From an uncultured Prevotella sp. (GTDB lineage Bacteria > Bacteroidota > Bacteroidia > Bacteroidales > Bacteroidaceae): a stretch of DNA of 64,000 nucleotides. A model generated the notes under the pieces. That model was not told the origin of the DNA, did not search any database, and was given only the letters and a program-made list of their open reading frames with translations. Shown here in pieces: positions 47,402-58,047 of the stretch. The stretch's first letter is position 1. The number at the start of each line of letters is the position of its first letter. Position numbers and translations under genes: made by a program. The stretch is taken from contig UQZX01000001.1 of assembly GCA_900545525.1 (NCBI GenBank), positions 38,218 through 102,217 of the forward strand. The letters are read 5' to 3'.

Positions 47402-49072
47402 ATGGAACGAAATATATTTAAACTTTTATACATGCTTACGCTGCTCGTTTTCGTGTCATGTGATGACCTTTCGATGACCGAGCGCGTGGAGGGAGCACCT
47501 GAGATACAGGCTTTCTCGCCGCAGCAGGGAAGCATAGGCATGGAGATTGAGATTGAAGGCGAGCGTCTTAGCGACGTGGTGGCGGCTTCGATTGGCGGCG
47601 TAGAAGCCGAGTTGTCCCAGAAAATATCCAACCAAAGGTTGCGTATCCGCGTGCCGAACGGTGCCGTAAGTGGTAAGATTGTCCTTACGAATGCCAAAGG
47701 AGACGGCACTTCAGAGAACGACTTTACGGTCGAATATCCCGCGCCTGCTGCCTTGGCGCAGAGCATTCCGTCGGAGACTGAGATGGGAAACAACCTCCTT
47801 ATCCGTGGAACGGACATGAATGTGATAACCGCCGTGGTATTTACGGCAGAGGGAATGACTGCCGGGCATGAGGCGGAAATAGTCAGCAAGGACACGAAGG
47901 AGATAGTAGTGAAAGTTCCTTATGTGGAGAATGACAACGCCCGTGTTACCTTCCGCTATTTCAACGGACAGCAGGAAGTCATGACACCGGCAACGGCTTT
48001 GCCTGCCCTTATAGTGAAGCGTTACCAGCCGCAGGTTACCACCAGCTCCTTCCCGACGGCAAGCGTGGGTGACGTCATTACGCTCAACGGAACTTATCTG
48101 AATAAAGTCGACCGTGTTACCATTGGCGGTATAGACTGCCAGATAGCGTCACAGACAGAAACGGAGCTGCGCTTCACGGTGCCAACTTCTGACACATACG
48201 TCGATGGAGACAATGTTTGCACGCTCTCGATAGTCTATTTTGACGGTATAGAGACAAAAGTCCTGACCGATAATTTCATAGTAAAGGTGCCCTTTGTTTA
48301 CTTCTGGAAAGACCGGACTGTTTACGGACAAGGCCGTGATGTGGCAGAGATGGTGTCCTTCTTCTCGCCCGAAACCGGTGTGGCTTACCACAACAGCCTG
48401 TGGCGCGAGCAAGTAGACCCGGTGTCATACAAGTACCAGGCAAAGACGTGCAGCGCCAACCAGAAGCCTGCCGTGAGTGAAGCTGAGTATAATTCGGTAA
48501 ATCCTTATTTCTTCTTCTCCGGCGTATCGGCAGGTGCATTGCAGATAAACAGCCCCGCAGGTTCGGCATCCCAGCTCAAGAACTTCTACTTCTTCAACAA
48601 CTCGGCAAATGACTATCGTGTGACGAATGCCAACGCCAACTGCTATGGAACGCCGGTTCTTACATACATGTATCTTGACCCTGCGAACGCATCACACAAG
48701 CAGCTGATAGATGAAGAGAACGCCGGCAAGCTCGAACGCATGGACGAAAGCACGTTCACAATCGACGAAGCGGCAAAGACCTGCCGTGGAATAGACATCT
48801 CGTCCCTGTCAAATTCGGTTAACAGCAACGTCTACGCGCCCGGCGTGTTCCCTGTCGGAGCAGAGAAAAATGCCGACCTTGACAGTTACATACTTGTCTT
48901 CTACTATAATCATCAGGGACTTGATACAAACAACAAGGCAAAGAACATCAAGCGTGTAGGCCTGCTTCACATCAAGCATATCGACTTCAAGCTGTACAAT
49001 AACACGAAAGCTCCGTCGTCGAGCAGCATCACATTCGATATGTATTGGATGAAACATGACTATAAACATTGA
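47402..49072 (+). CDS. IPT/TIG-domain surface glycan-binding lipoprotein
   Basis: Lipobox FVSC; three IPT-like repeats; located directly after susD. Confidence 0.8.
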   Translation: MERNIFKLLYMLTLLVFVSCDDLSMTERVEGAPEIQAFSPQQGSIGMEIEIEGERLSDVVAASIGGVEAELSQKISNQRLRIRVPNGAVSGKIVLTNAKGDGTSENDFTVEYPAPAALAQSIPSETEMGNNLLIRGTDMNVITAVVFTAEGMTAGHEAEIVSKDTKEIVVKVPYVENDNARVTFRYFNGQQEVMTPATALPALIVKRYQPQVTTSSFPTASVGDVITLNGTYLNKVDRVTIGGIDCQIASQTETELRFTVPTSDTYVDGDNVCTLSIVYFDGIETKVLTDNFIVKVPFVYFWKDRTVYGQGRDVAEMVSFFSPETGVAYHNSLWREQVDPVSYKYQAKTCSANQKPAVSEAEYNSVNPYFFFSGVSAGALQINSPAGSASQLKNFYFFNNSANDYRVTNANANCYGTPVLTYMYLDPANASHKQLIDEENAGKLERMDESTFTIDEAAKTCRGIDISSLSNSVNSNVYAPGVFPVGAEKNADLDSYILVFYYNHQGLDTNNKAKNIKRVGLLHIKHIDFKLYNNTKAPSSSSITFDMYWMKHDYKH

Positions 49073-49077
49073 CCGTA

Positions 49078-51249
49078 ATGAACAACAGACATAAGTTATA
49101 TTCAATCCTGACATTGCTGGCGGCAGCCTTGCTGCCTGCAATGTCGCTTGCCGAAACTTACCGGGTGCGTCTCAATGAAGTCGCTTCGGTGCTCAAAGAG
49201 GCTAAATCCGGCGACCGCATACTGGTCGAAGACGGCACTTATGCTGACGTCCTGCTGAAATGGAGCGGGCAAGGCAGCGACAAATTGCCTGTTGTCATCG
49301 AGGCGGCAAATCCCGGGCGGGTAATTATTACAGGTAAGAGCAGCCTGCAACTTGCCGGAGAACATATCGTGATAAAAGGCTTTATGTTCAATGAAACCGC
49401 TACCCCGCGGAAAGGTGTTGTAGACTTTCAGATGGGCGGCAGGTATGCAAACCACTGCCGTATTACCGACTGTGTGTTCAACAACTGCAACGTGCCGAAG
49501 CGAGACGAGATAAAAAGCTATATCGTGCTTTCCGGCCGTTACAACCGCGTAGACCACTGCTCGCTGCTCGGCAAGCAAAATCTCGGGGTAACGCTTCTTG
49601 TCAACCTCAACGGCGAAGGCTGCCTGGAGAATTACCACAGGATAGACCATAACTACTTCGGACCGCGCTCCGTCTATGGTTCCAACGGCGCCGAGACCAT
49701 GCGTATAGGCACTTCGCAGCAGTCATACTTCTCCTCCAACACCATCGTCGAGGACAATCTGTTCGAGCGTTGTTCAGGTGAAGTGGAGGTTATCTCGGTC
49801 AAATCGAGTGACAACATCGTGCGTAACAATGTCCTGCTTGAGTGCGAAGGCGTCGTGGCTCTGCGCCACGGCAAGCGTAATCTTGTAGAGAACAACATCT
49901 TTATAGGTAACAACAGACGCAACACGGGCGGAGTACGCATCGTGGATGAGGGGCACCGTGTGCTCAATAATATCTTCTATGAGCTTGCCGGAGAACGTTT
50001 CTTCTCCGCCCTCGGCGTTATGAACGGCGTGCCTAACTCTCTGCCCAACCGTTATGTCAGGGCAATGAACGTAGAGATTAAAGGCAACACTTACATCGAC
50101 TGCGGCAGCCTTGAAATAGGCACGGGCAAGGATGCCGAGCGCACGGAAGCACCTGCCGGTATCGTTTTTGCCGACAATAAGATTGTCAATAAGAAACTTT
50201 CCGAGCCATTGATGATGCTCGATGCTGATGCCGGATTGCTGTGCAGAAACAATATTGTCAGCCTTTCAGCAGACTATGATGCCGACGGTTTCAAGACCTC
50301 CAAGGTCAAGATTCCGTCCCTGCCCTCGGAAAGCGCGATGCGTAAAGACCGCGGCGCATCATGGTTCGATGCCGTTGCGCAGTCAGGCAACAATGCCGTC
50401 GCAGCCGGAGAAATAAGATGCGACGGCGACATAGCACGCGCCGTTGCCGAAGCTCCGGCTGGAAGTGTCATTGTGCTTACCGCAAAAGAGTATGTACTTA
50501 CGGGCACGATAACGGTCAGCAAGCCCCTTATAATAAAAGGTGAGGCGATGACTGTGCTGCGTTATGCAGGCGATGCGCCTGCCAATATGATAACCATTGC
50601 CAACGGCGGCAGCCTCGAGATAAGCAATGTTACGTTCGACGGCGTGCTGCAAGCAGGCAAACGCCTCGCTTCGTCGGGCATATCCACGGCGGCGGAGATG
50701 ACGAAACAATATAGGTTGAAGATAGATAATTGTGTATTCAGGAACTTCGGCGAGAGCGGCTTTTGCGCCGTACGTGGCACCAAGGCGACGTTTGCTGACA
50801 GTGTGGTGATAGCCAACAGCCTGTTTTGCGACAACTCAGGCAACGGCATCGACTTCTCTGCCGAGCGTGATGACAAGGGACGTTACAATGCGGAAGACAT
50901 AATAATAAGCAACTGTACGTTCCGCCGTTTCCTCGGAATACCGGTCAACATCTATCGCGGAGGCAGCGACGAGAGTACTGCCGGACCGTATGTTACGATA
51001 AGCGGATGCACCTTCGACGATTGCTGCAACCGCCAGCGTGGCAGCGTCATGAGGCTTATAGGTCCGCAATACATGGACATTTCCGCTTGCACGTTCATCA
51101 ATTCGGGCCGTGGCGGAGCGTCGGTAAGGCTTGATGAGACTTCATGGGAGAAGATAACGATACGCGACTGCGTCTTTAACCGGTCGGGCAGGGTTATGAA
51201 ATCCACCGACAACGTGAAGATGTACGGCAACAAGATAACGGAACATTGA
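49078..51249 (+). CDS. PL6 polysaccharide lyase (alginate lyase/chondroitinase B fold) with a second beta-helix domain
   Basis: NRVDHC, IDHNYF, NGAETMRIG, EVISVKS (Lys), LRHG (Arg), YRGGSDESTAGP. Confidence 0.9.
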   Translation: MNNRHKLYSILTLLAAALLPAMSLAETYRVRLNEVASVLKEAKSGDRILVEDGTYADVLLKWSGQGSDKLPVVIEAANPGRVIITGKSSLQLAGEHIVIKGFMFNETATPRKGVVDFQMGGRYANHCRITDCVFNNCNVPKRDEIKSYIVLSGRYNRVDHCSLLGKQNLGVTLLVNLNGEGCLENYHRIDHNYFGPRSVYGSNGAETMRIGTSQQSYFSSNTIVEDNLFERCSGEVEVISVKSSDNIVRNNVLLECEGVVALRHGKRNLVENNIFIGNNRRNTGGVRIVDEGHRVLNNIFYELAGERFFSALGVMNGVPNSLPNRYVRAMNVEIKGNTYIDCGSLEIGTGKDAERTEAPAGIVFADNKIVNKKLSEPLMMLDADAGLLCRNNIVSLSADYDADGFKTSKVKIPSLPSESAMRKDRGASWFDAVAQSGNNAVAAGEIRCDGDIARAVAEAPAGSVIVLTAKEYVLTGTITVSKPLIIKGEAMTVLRYAGDAPANMITIANGGSLEISNVTFDGVLQAGKRLASSGISTAAEMTKQYRLKIDNCVFRNFGESGFCAVRGTKATFADSVVIANSLFCDNSGNGIDFSAERDDKGRYNAEDIIISNCTFRRFLGIPVNIYRGGSDESTAGPYVTISGCTFDDCCNRQRGSVMRLIGPQYMDISACTFINSGRGGASVRLDETSWEKITIRDCVFNRSGRVMKSTDNVKMYGNKITEH

Positions 51250-51308
51250 TTTACTTCAAATTTCCGTCGGGAAAACCGTTGATTGCCGAAACGGTGCTTG
51301 TTACAGTT

Positions 51309-51396
51309 TAAAAGGTGGTCTTTGGGGCTGCAAAAGGTGGTCTTTTACCTCCTGAAAGGTGACCTCTTACACGCTAAGAGGTGACCTCTTGCAAAA
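51309..51396. repeat. Four degenerate 22-bp tandem repeats, same family as 42216-42325
   Basis: Units start at 51309, 51331, 51353 and 51375; core AAGAGGTGACCTCTT. Confidence 0.85.
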
Positions 51397-51572
51397 CGGC
51401 AGAAGCCGGATGAAAACTGTAAGGAAAAGCTGCCGGAATGTGATAAACTGTAAGTATGGGCGATGAAAGGAGGAGCTTTCATGCCGTCTCGCATTCAATG
51501 CTTGCCGGACTCCCTCCCTTTGGGATGTCAGTGACGGGTTATTAAACGATTATGAATAATGATTTTCGATAT

Positions 51573-53795
51573 ATGAAAAAAGGATATTTCTTTACTGTCT
51601 TGCGTTCGATGCAAACCAAGTTCCCTTCTTTCGGGAGGACCGGGGTAGGTATTGCTTTTGCCGCCATCACCCTTCTGCTTGCCGTTCCGGCGCATGCGCA
51701 GCATCCGTCGCTCCTCGTCAGCGGGAGCGAAGTCAAGGAACTGAAGTCGGCGAGGGGACAGGTTGCGGCTTTCGACAAGACCATTGACCGCCTTATAGCC
51801 GATGCCGAGCAGGCGTTGAAACAAGGTATTGACGTTCCCGAGCCGGCCGGCGGCGGTGGCGGAGTAGTTCATGAGCAGCATAAGTCCAACTATTATGCCA
51901 TGTTCCATTGCGGACTTGCATACCAGTATACTGGCGATTTGCGTTACGCCAAGTTTGTTGCCGACATGCTGACGGACTATGCCGGGAAGTATCCCAAGTG
52001 GGGCTTGCATCCATTGAAGCTGTCTCCCGTGCCTGGACGCCTGTTCTGGCAGACACTCAACGAGAGCGTTTGGCTGGTGCATACGTCGGTGGCTTACGAT
52101 TGCATATATAACACCCTGACAAAGCAGCAGCGGCGTTTCATTGAGAGAAACCTGCTCGAAAACATGGCAGATTTCATAATGGACGGCTACGGGGAGAACA
52201 CCAAAAACAACGAAATGTTCAACCGTATGCACAACCACGCGACGTGGGCTACGGCGGCGGTAGGCATGGCAGGCTTCGCCATGAACAACGAGAAGCTTGT
52301 AAGGAAAGCCCTTTACGGCTCGGACGAGACAGGCAAAAACGGCGGATTTATCCGTCAGATGGACTGGCTCTTCTCGCCTGACGGCTACTATACCGAGGGC
52401 GCTTACTATCAGAGATATGCCATTTGGCCGTTCGTAATCTTCGCACAGTGCATCGAACACAACATGCCCGGGCTGCGTATCTTCGAATACCGCGACAGGA
52501 TATTGCGCAAAGCCGTAGACGCTTTGGTGCAGATGAGCTATGAAGGGGAGTTCTTCCACTTTAACGATGCCTTGCTGAAAGGTCTTTCCGCACAAGAACT
52601 TGTCTATGCGGTGAACATCCTTTACCACGCATATCCCGGCGACAAGCAGCTGCTCGGGGTAGCGTCAGCTTACCAGAACGAACTGCTGCCCATCGTAGGA
52701 GGCTATGAGCTGGCACGCGACTGTGCCAAAGAAGGCTCGCCGAAGGTAGGATACAGAAGCACGACCCTTGCCGACGGACGCAACGGCGACCAGGGAGCTT
52801 TCGGCATAATACGCTCTACCGACAGCCTTCTTAACAGTGCGGTAACACTTAAAGCAACGGCACAGGGCATGGGACACGGCCATTATGACAGGCTCACAAT
52901 GGCTTATTACGACAACGGAAAAGAAATTCTTGCCGATTACGGTGCAGCCCGCTTCCTTAACATTGAGGCAAAATACAGCGGGCATTACACAAAGGAGAAC
53001 AACAAGTTTGCCAAGCAAACCATAGCCCACAACACCCTCGTTGCCGACGGACGCTCGCATTATAACGGCAAGCTTGCCGAAGCCGAGAAGCATCATGCAG
53101 ACATGGTGTACACCAACTTCAAAAAGGATGACATGCAGTGGATGACGGGCCGCGACACAACGGCTTATCCGGGCATAGCCATGGAGCGCACATTGGCTTA
53201 TCTTTCCACGCCTGTGTCGGAGTTTCCGCTTGTCATTGACGTGCTGAAAGTAAGCTCGGCGGAGTCTCATCAGTATGATTATCCGTTGTGGTACAACGGT
53301 CATGAGGTGTCGACAAACTTCAATTATACCAAAGCAACGGACACGATGACGGCTTTTGGCAAGGCAAACGGCTACCAATATATATGGAAAGAGGCGTGGG
53401 GACGCAACGATAAGGGCGGCATGTCGCAGCTGACGTTCTTCAACGGCGACCGCTTCTACACGCTCAACACGGTAACATCGGCGGCGTCGGAGCTTTACAT
53501 GCTCAGGCTCGGAGCCAACGACCCCGACTTCAACCTCAGACCGTCGACGGCATTCCTCGTGAGGGAACCCGCGGCAAAAGACCATACGTTCGTGACCGTA
53601 ATAGAGACTCACGGACACTATGACATACTTAGGGAGACCTCCAAAGACCTGAAGCCGCTCTGCAAGGACGTAAGGATTATCAGTGACGATGCGGCTAAAA
53701 CAGTGGTGGAAGTGGCTTACGGCGACTCCGTGCTGACGCTCACCGTGGACCATAAGGACGCTTCCAAGACCGGATATGAAGTCTTGAAAAAGTAA
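51573..53795 (+). CDS. PL17 oligoalginate lyase (alginate lyase + heparinase II/III domains)
   Basis: GRLFWQTLNE, HNHATW, DGYYTEGAYYQRY, GMGHGHYD, KQTIAHNT; exact start uncertain. Confidence 0.9.
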   Translation: MKKGYFFTVLRSMQTKFPSFGRTGVGIAFAAITLLLAVPAHAQHPSLLVSGSEVKELKSARGQVAAFDKTIDRLIADAEQALKQGIDVPEPAGGGGGVVHEQHKSNYYAMFHCGLAYQYTGDLRYAKFVADMLTDYAGKYPKWGLHPLKLSPVPGRLFWQTLNESVWLVHTSVAYDCIYNTLTKQQRRFIERNLLENMADFIMDGYGENTKNNEMFNRMHNHATWATAAVGMAGFAMNNEKLVRKALYGSDETGKNGGFIRQMDWLFSPDGYYTEGAYYQRYAIWPFVIFAQCIEHNMPGLRIFEYRDRILRKAVDALVQMSYEGEFFHFNDALLKGLSAQELVYAVNILYHAYPGDKQLLGVASAYQNELLPIVGGYELARDCAKEGSPKVGYRSTTLADGRNGDQGAFGIIRSTDSLLNSAVTLKATAQGMGHGHYDRLTMAYYDNGKEILADYGAARFLNIEAKYSGHYTKENNKFAKQTIAHNTLVADGRSHYNGKLAEAEKHHADMVYTNFKKDDMQWMTGRDTTAYPGIAMERTLAYLSTPVSEFPLVIDVLKVSSAESHQYDYPLWYNGHEVSTNFNYTKATDTMTAFGKANGYQYIWKEAWGRNDKGGMSQLTFFNGDRFYTLNTVTSAASELYMLRLGANDPDFNLRPSTAFLVREPAAKDHTFVTVIETHGHYDILRETSKDLKPLCKDVRIISDDAAKTVVEVAYGDSVLTLTVDHKDASKTGYEVLKK

Positions 53796-54079
53796 AAAAG
53801 CCCTTCCCGGTCTCCCCGAGGGGAGGAGAAAAGGAGATAATGGTGATATGTTGGGATGATGAATGGGTTGCCATGCCTATTAGTCTCATAAGTCCCATTA
53901 GTCCTATAAAAGAACTAAGAGTGAAGAAAACGCAGCCCGGCGTCAAGCCAATTGACAAGGCATTTGTCTTTAACTTCTTAGCGGAGTGAAACGGAGCGAT
54001 AACTCCCTTGACTTCTTTAACTCCTCTGTATTGAAAGCAGAACAAAGAAAATAATATTAACTATAAAAACTATAACGAT

Positions 54080-54424
54080 ATGAAAACAGTAAGCAAGAGA
54101 TTTCAGATTGGTGCTGATATGGCATGGGAAAAACCCGCACCCGGCGTACGTCGCCAGATAATGGGTTACGACGGACAGCTGATGATGGTGAAAGTGGAGT
54201 TCGAAAAAGGCGCGGTAGGCTCTCAACATGAGCATTACCACAGTCAGGCAACCTACGTGGCGAGCGGCAAATTCGAGCTGAACATCGGCGGAGAGACACG
54301 CATTCTTGAAGCCGGCGACGGCTATTATGTGGCTCCCGACGAGCTGCACGGCTGCGTATGCCTCGAAGCCGGAGTGCTCATTGACACGTTCAGTCCGGTA
54401 AGAGCCGACTTCCTGGGTATCTGA
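54080..54424 (+). CDS. kdgF: KdgF-like cupin
   Basis: HEHYHSQ, HG, DTFSPVRADFL; follows PL17. Confidence 0.85.
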   Translation: MKTVSKRFQIGADMAWEKPAPGVRRQIMGYDGQLMMVKVEFEKGAVGSQHEHYHSQATYVASGKFELNIGGETRILEAGDGYYVAPDELHGCVCLEAGVLIDTFSPVRADFLGI

Positions 54425-54450
54425 TACGGAACTCTTATAACTCTTTTGAA

Positions 54451-55920
54451 ATGAAAATAAAAGGACTCAGGTGGTACATAATCGGACTGATTATGCTTAT
54501 TACCATAATAAATTATCTTGACAGAGGCACCCTTAACTACATGTGGGTGGCAAATATTGATTATCGTCTGACGGCCTACGGACAGGCAGACGACGGTGAA
54601 GGCAACCGCGCGACGAGGAAGGGCGACACCTATGTGCTTACCGATTCAAAGGGCAAGGTGCAGGAAGTCAGCTCGTCGACAGTAACTGTCAAGGAAAAGG
54701 ACGGCGAGACATACGTTACCAACCGCGAAGGTATAGCCATCGATCTCGGTCTCGTTGACCCTGCCGATCCGGAAGCATCGACGAAGGCGAAGGACATCCT
54801 TGGCGTGATAACTATTTTCTTCATGATAGCCTATGGCATAAGCCAGCTTGTGTCAGGACGGCTCTATGACAAGGTGGGATGCCGCAAGGGCTTCTTCGGC
54901 AGCGTGCTTATCTGGGGCTTTGCCGATGCACTCGCATCGCTGTCCCGCGGCATGTTGTCGCTCACTTTCTTCCGTATGATGCTCGGATTGGGTGAGGCCG
55001 GCCCTTGGCCGGGCACCACAAAGAGCAATGCCGAGTGGTTTCCGCAGAAGGAGAGGGCATTGGCTCAGGGACTGTTCGGTGCCGCAGCGTCAGTCGGTTC
55101 GGTGCTTGCGCCGGTGGTGATACTTATGCTCTTCATCGCGTTCGGCTGGAAGATAACCTTCGTTGTCGTAGGTTCGCTCGGTCTGTTGTGGCTCATTCCG
55201 TGGCTTGTCATCAACAAGAAAGGTCCCGAGGAGCATCCTTGGATAACACAGGAGGAGAGGGAGTACATAGTAAACGGGCGGCCGGTGTGCACTCAACCCG
55301 AGGCAGAAGACAAAGGTCAAAGCTGGGGCGAGCTGCTCAAGGAACGCAAGAACTGGTCGGTAATACTCGGCCGTTTCTTCCTCGATCCTATCTGGTGGAT
55401 GTTCGTAACCTTCCTTCCGCTCTATCTTGCTGATGTCTTCCACCTTAACATCAAGGAGGTGGCGTTCTCCGCATGGGTGCCTTATGCAGGCGCGGCAGTA
55501 GGCAGCATTGCCGGCGGATGGTACTCCGGATGGCTCATTAACCGCGGTCATACGGTCAACTATGCCCGTAAGGCGGCGATGATAGTTGGCGGACTGATTA
55601 TCATCCCGTCGATTATTGCGGCAATAATGTCTGCCACGGCACTGCTCGCCGTAATCTTCATGGCGTTCGTTCTCGGCGGTTTCCAGTTCTTCATGGTGAA
55701 TCTTCAGACCATACCGAGCGACCTGCACAAAGGCAAGTCGGTAGGCTCGCTTGCCGGACTTGGCGGTGCTTCCGCCGTGCTTGGCACCATTCTGGCAATT
55801 CTTTTCTCAAGTTATATCACCAACTGGATATTGCTTTTCAGCCTGCTTGCTGCCCTTGTGCCTCTTTCCTGGCTGTCGGTGTTCCTCACGGTTGGTGAGA
55901 TAAAGCAGATAGAAAGATAA
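54451..55920 (+). CDS. MFS hexuronate (ExuT-like) transporter
   Basis: LRWYII, INYLDR, GEAGPWP, AEWFP.KERALA. Confidence 0.9.
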   Translation: MKIKGLRWYIIGLIMLITIINYLDRGTLNYMWVANIDYRLTAYGQADDGEGNRATRKGDTYVLTDSKGKVQEVSSSTVTVKEKDGETYVTNREGIAIDLGLVDPADPEASTKAKDILGVITIFFMIAYGISQLVSGRLYDKVGCRKGFFGSVLIWGFADALASLSRGMLSLTFFRMMLGLGEAGPWPGTTKSNAEWFPQKERALAQGLFGAAASVGSVLAPVVILMLFIAFGWKITFVVVGSLGLLWLIPWLVINKKGPEEHPWITQEEREYIVNGRPVCTQPEAEDKGQSWGELLKERKNWSVILGRFFLDPIWWMFVTFLPLYLADVFHLNIKEVAFSAWVPYAGAAVGSIAGGWYSGWLINRGHTVNYARKAAMIVGGLIIIPSIIAAIMSATALLAVIFMAFVLGGFQFFMVNLQTIPSDLHKGKSVGSLAGLGGASAVLGTILAILFSSYITNWILLFSLLAALVPLSWLSVFLTVGEIKQIER

Positions 55921-56060
55921 CGTTGGGAAATTAAGAATTAAGAGTTAAGAATTAAGAATTGAAGCTTTTGTCTGTAAACGGAGGGTGATTTACGCTGCGG
56001 ACAATAATGGGAAACGAGATTAAATATAATTTTTTAACCATAAAACAAAAATAAAAAGAT

Positions 56061-56813
56061 ATGAGATTAACAGGTAAAGTAGCCATCGTTACAGGTGGAG
56101 CAAGAGATTTGGGACGTGCAGTAGCTGTGAAATTGGCGGCAGAAGGCGCGAAAGTGTGTGTCAACTACTTCAACAACGAGGAAGAAGGTAAAGAGACATT
56201 GAACCTTATCCATAATGTGGGAGGTGAGGCAATACTCGTCTACGGCGACATGACTAAGGCGGCAGACGTGAAGAACCTTGTTGCCGAGACAGTGAAAGCG
56301 TTTGGCGAGAAGATAGATATCCTTGTCAATGTGGTAGGCGGTATCATCGGCAGAAAGAAGATAACTGAGCAGGATGAGGTTTGGTATGACCTCTTGATGG
56401 ATGTCAACATGCGCTCGGTATTCCTCGCTACGCGTGATACTGTGCCTTATATGGGCGACGGTGCGTCAATAGTGAACTTCGCATCTCTTGCCGGCCGCGA
56501 CGGCGGAGGTAACGGAGCGTCTATGTATGCAACTGCAAAGGCCGCCGTGATGACATTCACCCGCGCCATGGCAAAGGAGCTCGGACCGCAGGGAATACGC
56601 TGTAACGCGATATGTCCGGGTACGATTGCCACATCGTTCCACGACCGTTTCAACACGCCGGAGAACCGCGAGCGCATGAAGCAGACTTATCCTTTGCGCC
56701 GTGAGGGTACGGCAGAGGAGGTTGCCGACCTCGTTTGCTATCTTGCATCGTCAGAGTCTTCATACCTGACGGGTACCAATATTGACATCAACGGCGGTTG
56801 CTTCTTCTCATAA
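56061..56813 (+). CDS. SDR oxidoreductase, likely DEH reductase
   Basis: TGGARDLG, AGRDGGG.GA..YATAK, PGTIATSFH; alginate context. Confidence 0.75.
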   Translation: MRLTGKVAIVTGGARDLGRAVAVKLAAEGAKVCVNYFNNEEEGKETLNLIHNVGGEAILVYGDMTKAADVKNLVAETVKAFGEKIDILVNVVGGIIGRKKITEQDEVWYDLLMDVNMRSVFLATRDTVPYMGDGASIVNFASLAGRDGGGNGASMYATAKAAVMTFTRAMAKELGPQGIRCNAICPGTIATSFHDRFNTPENRERMKQTYPLRREGTAEEVADLVCYLASSESSYLTGTNIDINGGCFFS

Positions 56814-56817
56814 ATCT

Positions 56818-58047
56818 ATGATTATGGGACGTTGCCTGACAGTAATTGCAGCCATAATGGCACTGTTTGCCGGAGGCGTTGCCCGCGTGGTAGCCTCCGA
56901 CAAGGCAATGCCGCTGCCCGTGAATGCCGCCTTGCTCGATGACGTAAGGCAGTCATTCAGGCGCGGAGACACGGAGACCGTTAAGCGCGTTGAAAGCATG
57001 AAGGCTTACGCGGAGAAGTTTGTCAAGGCCAAGCCGGTAGTGGTTACCGACAAGAAGCGCATCGCCCCGAGCAACGATCCGCGCGATTATATCACCCTTT
57101 CGCCTTATTGGTGGCGGGATACGACAAAGACCGACGGGCTGCCTTACGTCCGCTATGACGGCAAGCGCAACCCCGAGGTTTACGAATATGCCAACCGTGA
57201 GCAGGGAAATGATATCGGTGAGCGGGTTGAAATCACGTCCGTGTTATATTACATAACGGGCGACAGGCGTTACGCCAAGGCATGTGCCGTGCAGCTGAGG
57301 GCATGGTTCACCGACGCCAAGACCGGCATCAATCCCAACATGACATACTCGCAGATTGTGCCGGGACGTACAAACCTGCGTGGCACGGGCATCATAGACT
57401 CGCGCCGCTTCGTGAAGGCAATACTCATGTCGCGGCTTATCGAGGACTCGGGAGAATGGACGGATGCCGACCGCGGGCAGCTCAAGGCATGGGCTGAAGC
57501 TTATTGCTACTGGTTGGAACACAGCACTCAGGGACGCAAGGAATCGAAAGCCGTCAACAATCACGGCATTTGGTATGACGCCGTACACATCATGTTGCTG
57601 GCTTATCTCGACCGTAAGACAGACTTGGAAGATGCCGTAAGCGGCGGCATAATGGCAAAGCTCGCCGAACAGATTGCCGCCGACGGTTCGCTGCCGCAGG
57701 AGTTGAAGCGCACCCTTTCGCTTCATTACTCAACCTTTGTCATGGAGGCTTTGGTTACCGTTGCGCATGTAGTCAAGCCTTTCGGCATAGATCTTTGGAA
57801 AGAGAAAACGGTCAAGGGGACGGGCATGCAGGACATCGTGAAACACCTTATGCCGTATTATCTCAGACCGGAGACGTGGCATCATAAGCAGATAAAGCCT
57901 TTCGAGACGTGGCGCGGAGCGGTGATAATGTATGAGGCGGCAATGAACACCGGCGAAAAAGATTATCTGCGCGTTGCCGAGAAAATAGGAAATGTGATGA
58001 AGAAGGGCGATATCAACGCGGTGATCTATGGAAAGCTGGGAAATTAA
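56818..58047 (+). CDS. Alginate-lyase-domain protein (PL38-like)
   Basis: DYITLSPYWW, DGLPY..DG..NPE, NPNMTYSQ, NNHG, ELKRT..LHYS; paralogous to the N-half of 37367-39703. Confidence 0.82.
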   Translation: MIMGRCLTVIAAIMALFAGGVARVVASDKAMPLPVNAALLDDVRQSFRRGDTETVKRVESMKAYAEKFVKAKPVVVTDKKRIAPSNDPRDYITLSPYWWRDTTKTDGLPYVRYDGKRNPEVYEYANREQGNDIGERVEITSVLYYITGDRRYAKACAVQLRAWFTDAKTGINPNMTYSQIVPGRTNLRGTGIIDSRRFVKAILMSRLIEDSGEWTDADRGQLKAWAEAYCYWLEHSTQGRKESKAVNNHGIWYDAVHIMLLAYLDRKTDLEDAVSGGIMAKLAEQIAADGSLPQELKRTLSLHYSTFVMEALVTVAHVVKPFGIDLWKEKTVKGTGMQDIVKHLMPYYLRPETWHHKQIKPFETWRGAVIMYEAAMNTGEKDYLRVAEKIGNVMKKGDINAVIYGKLGN

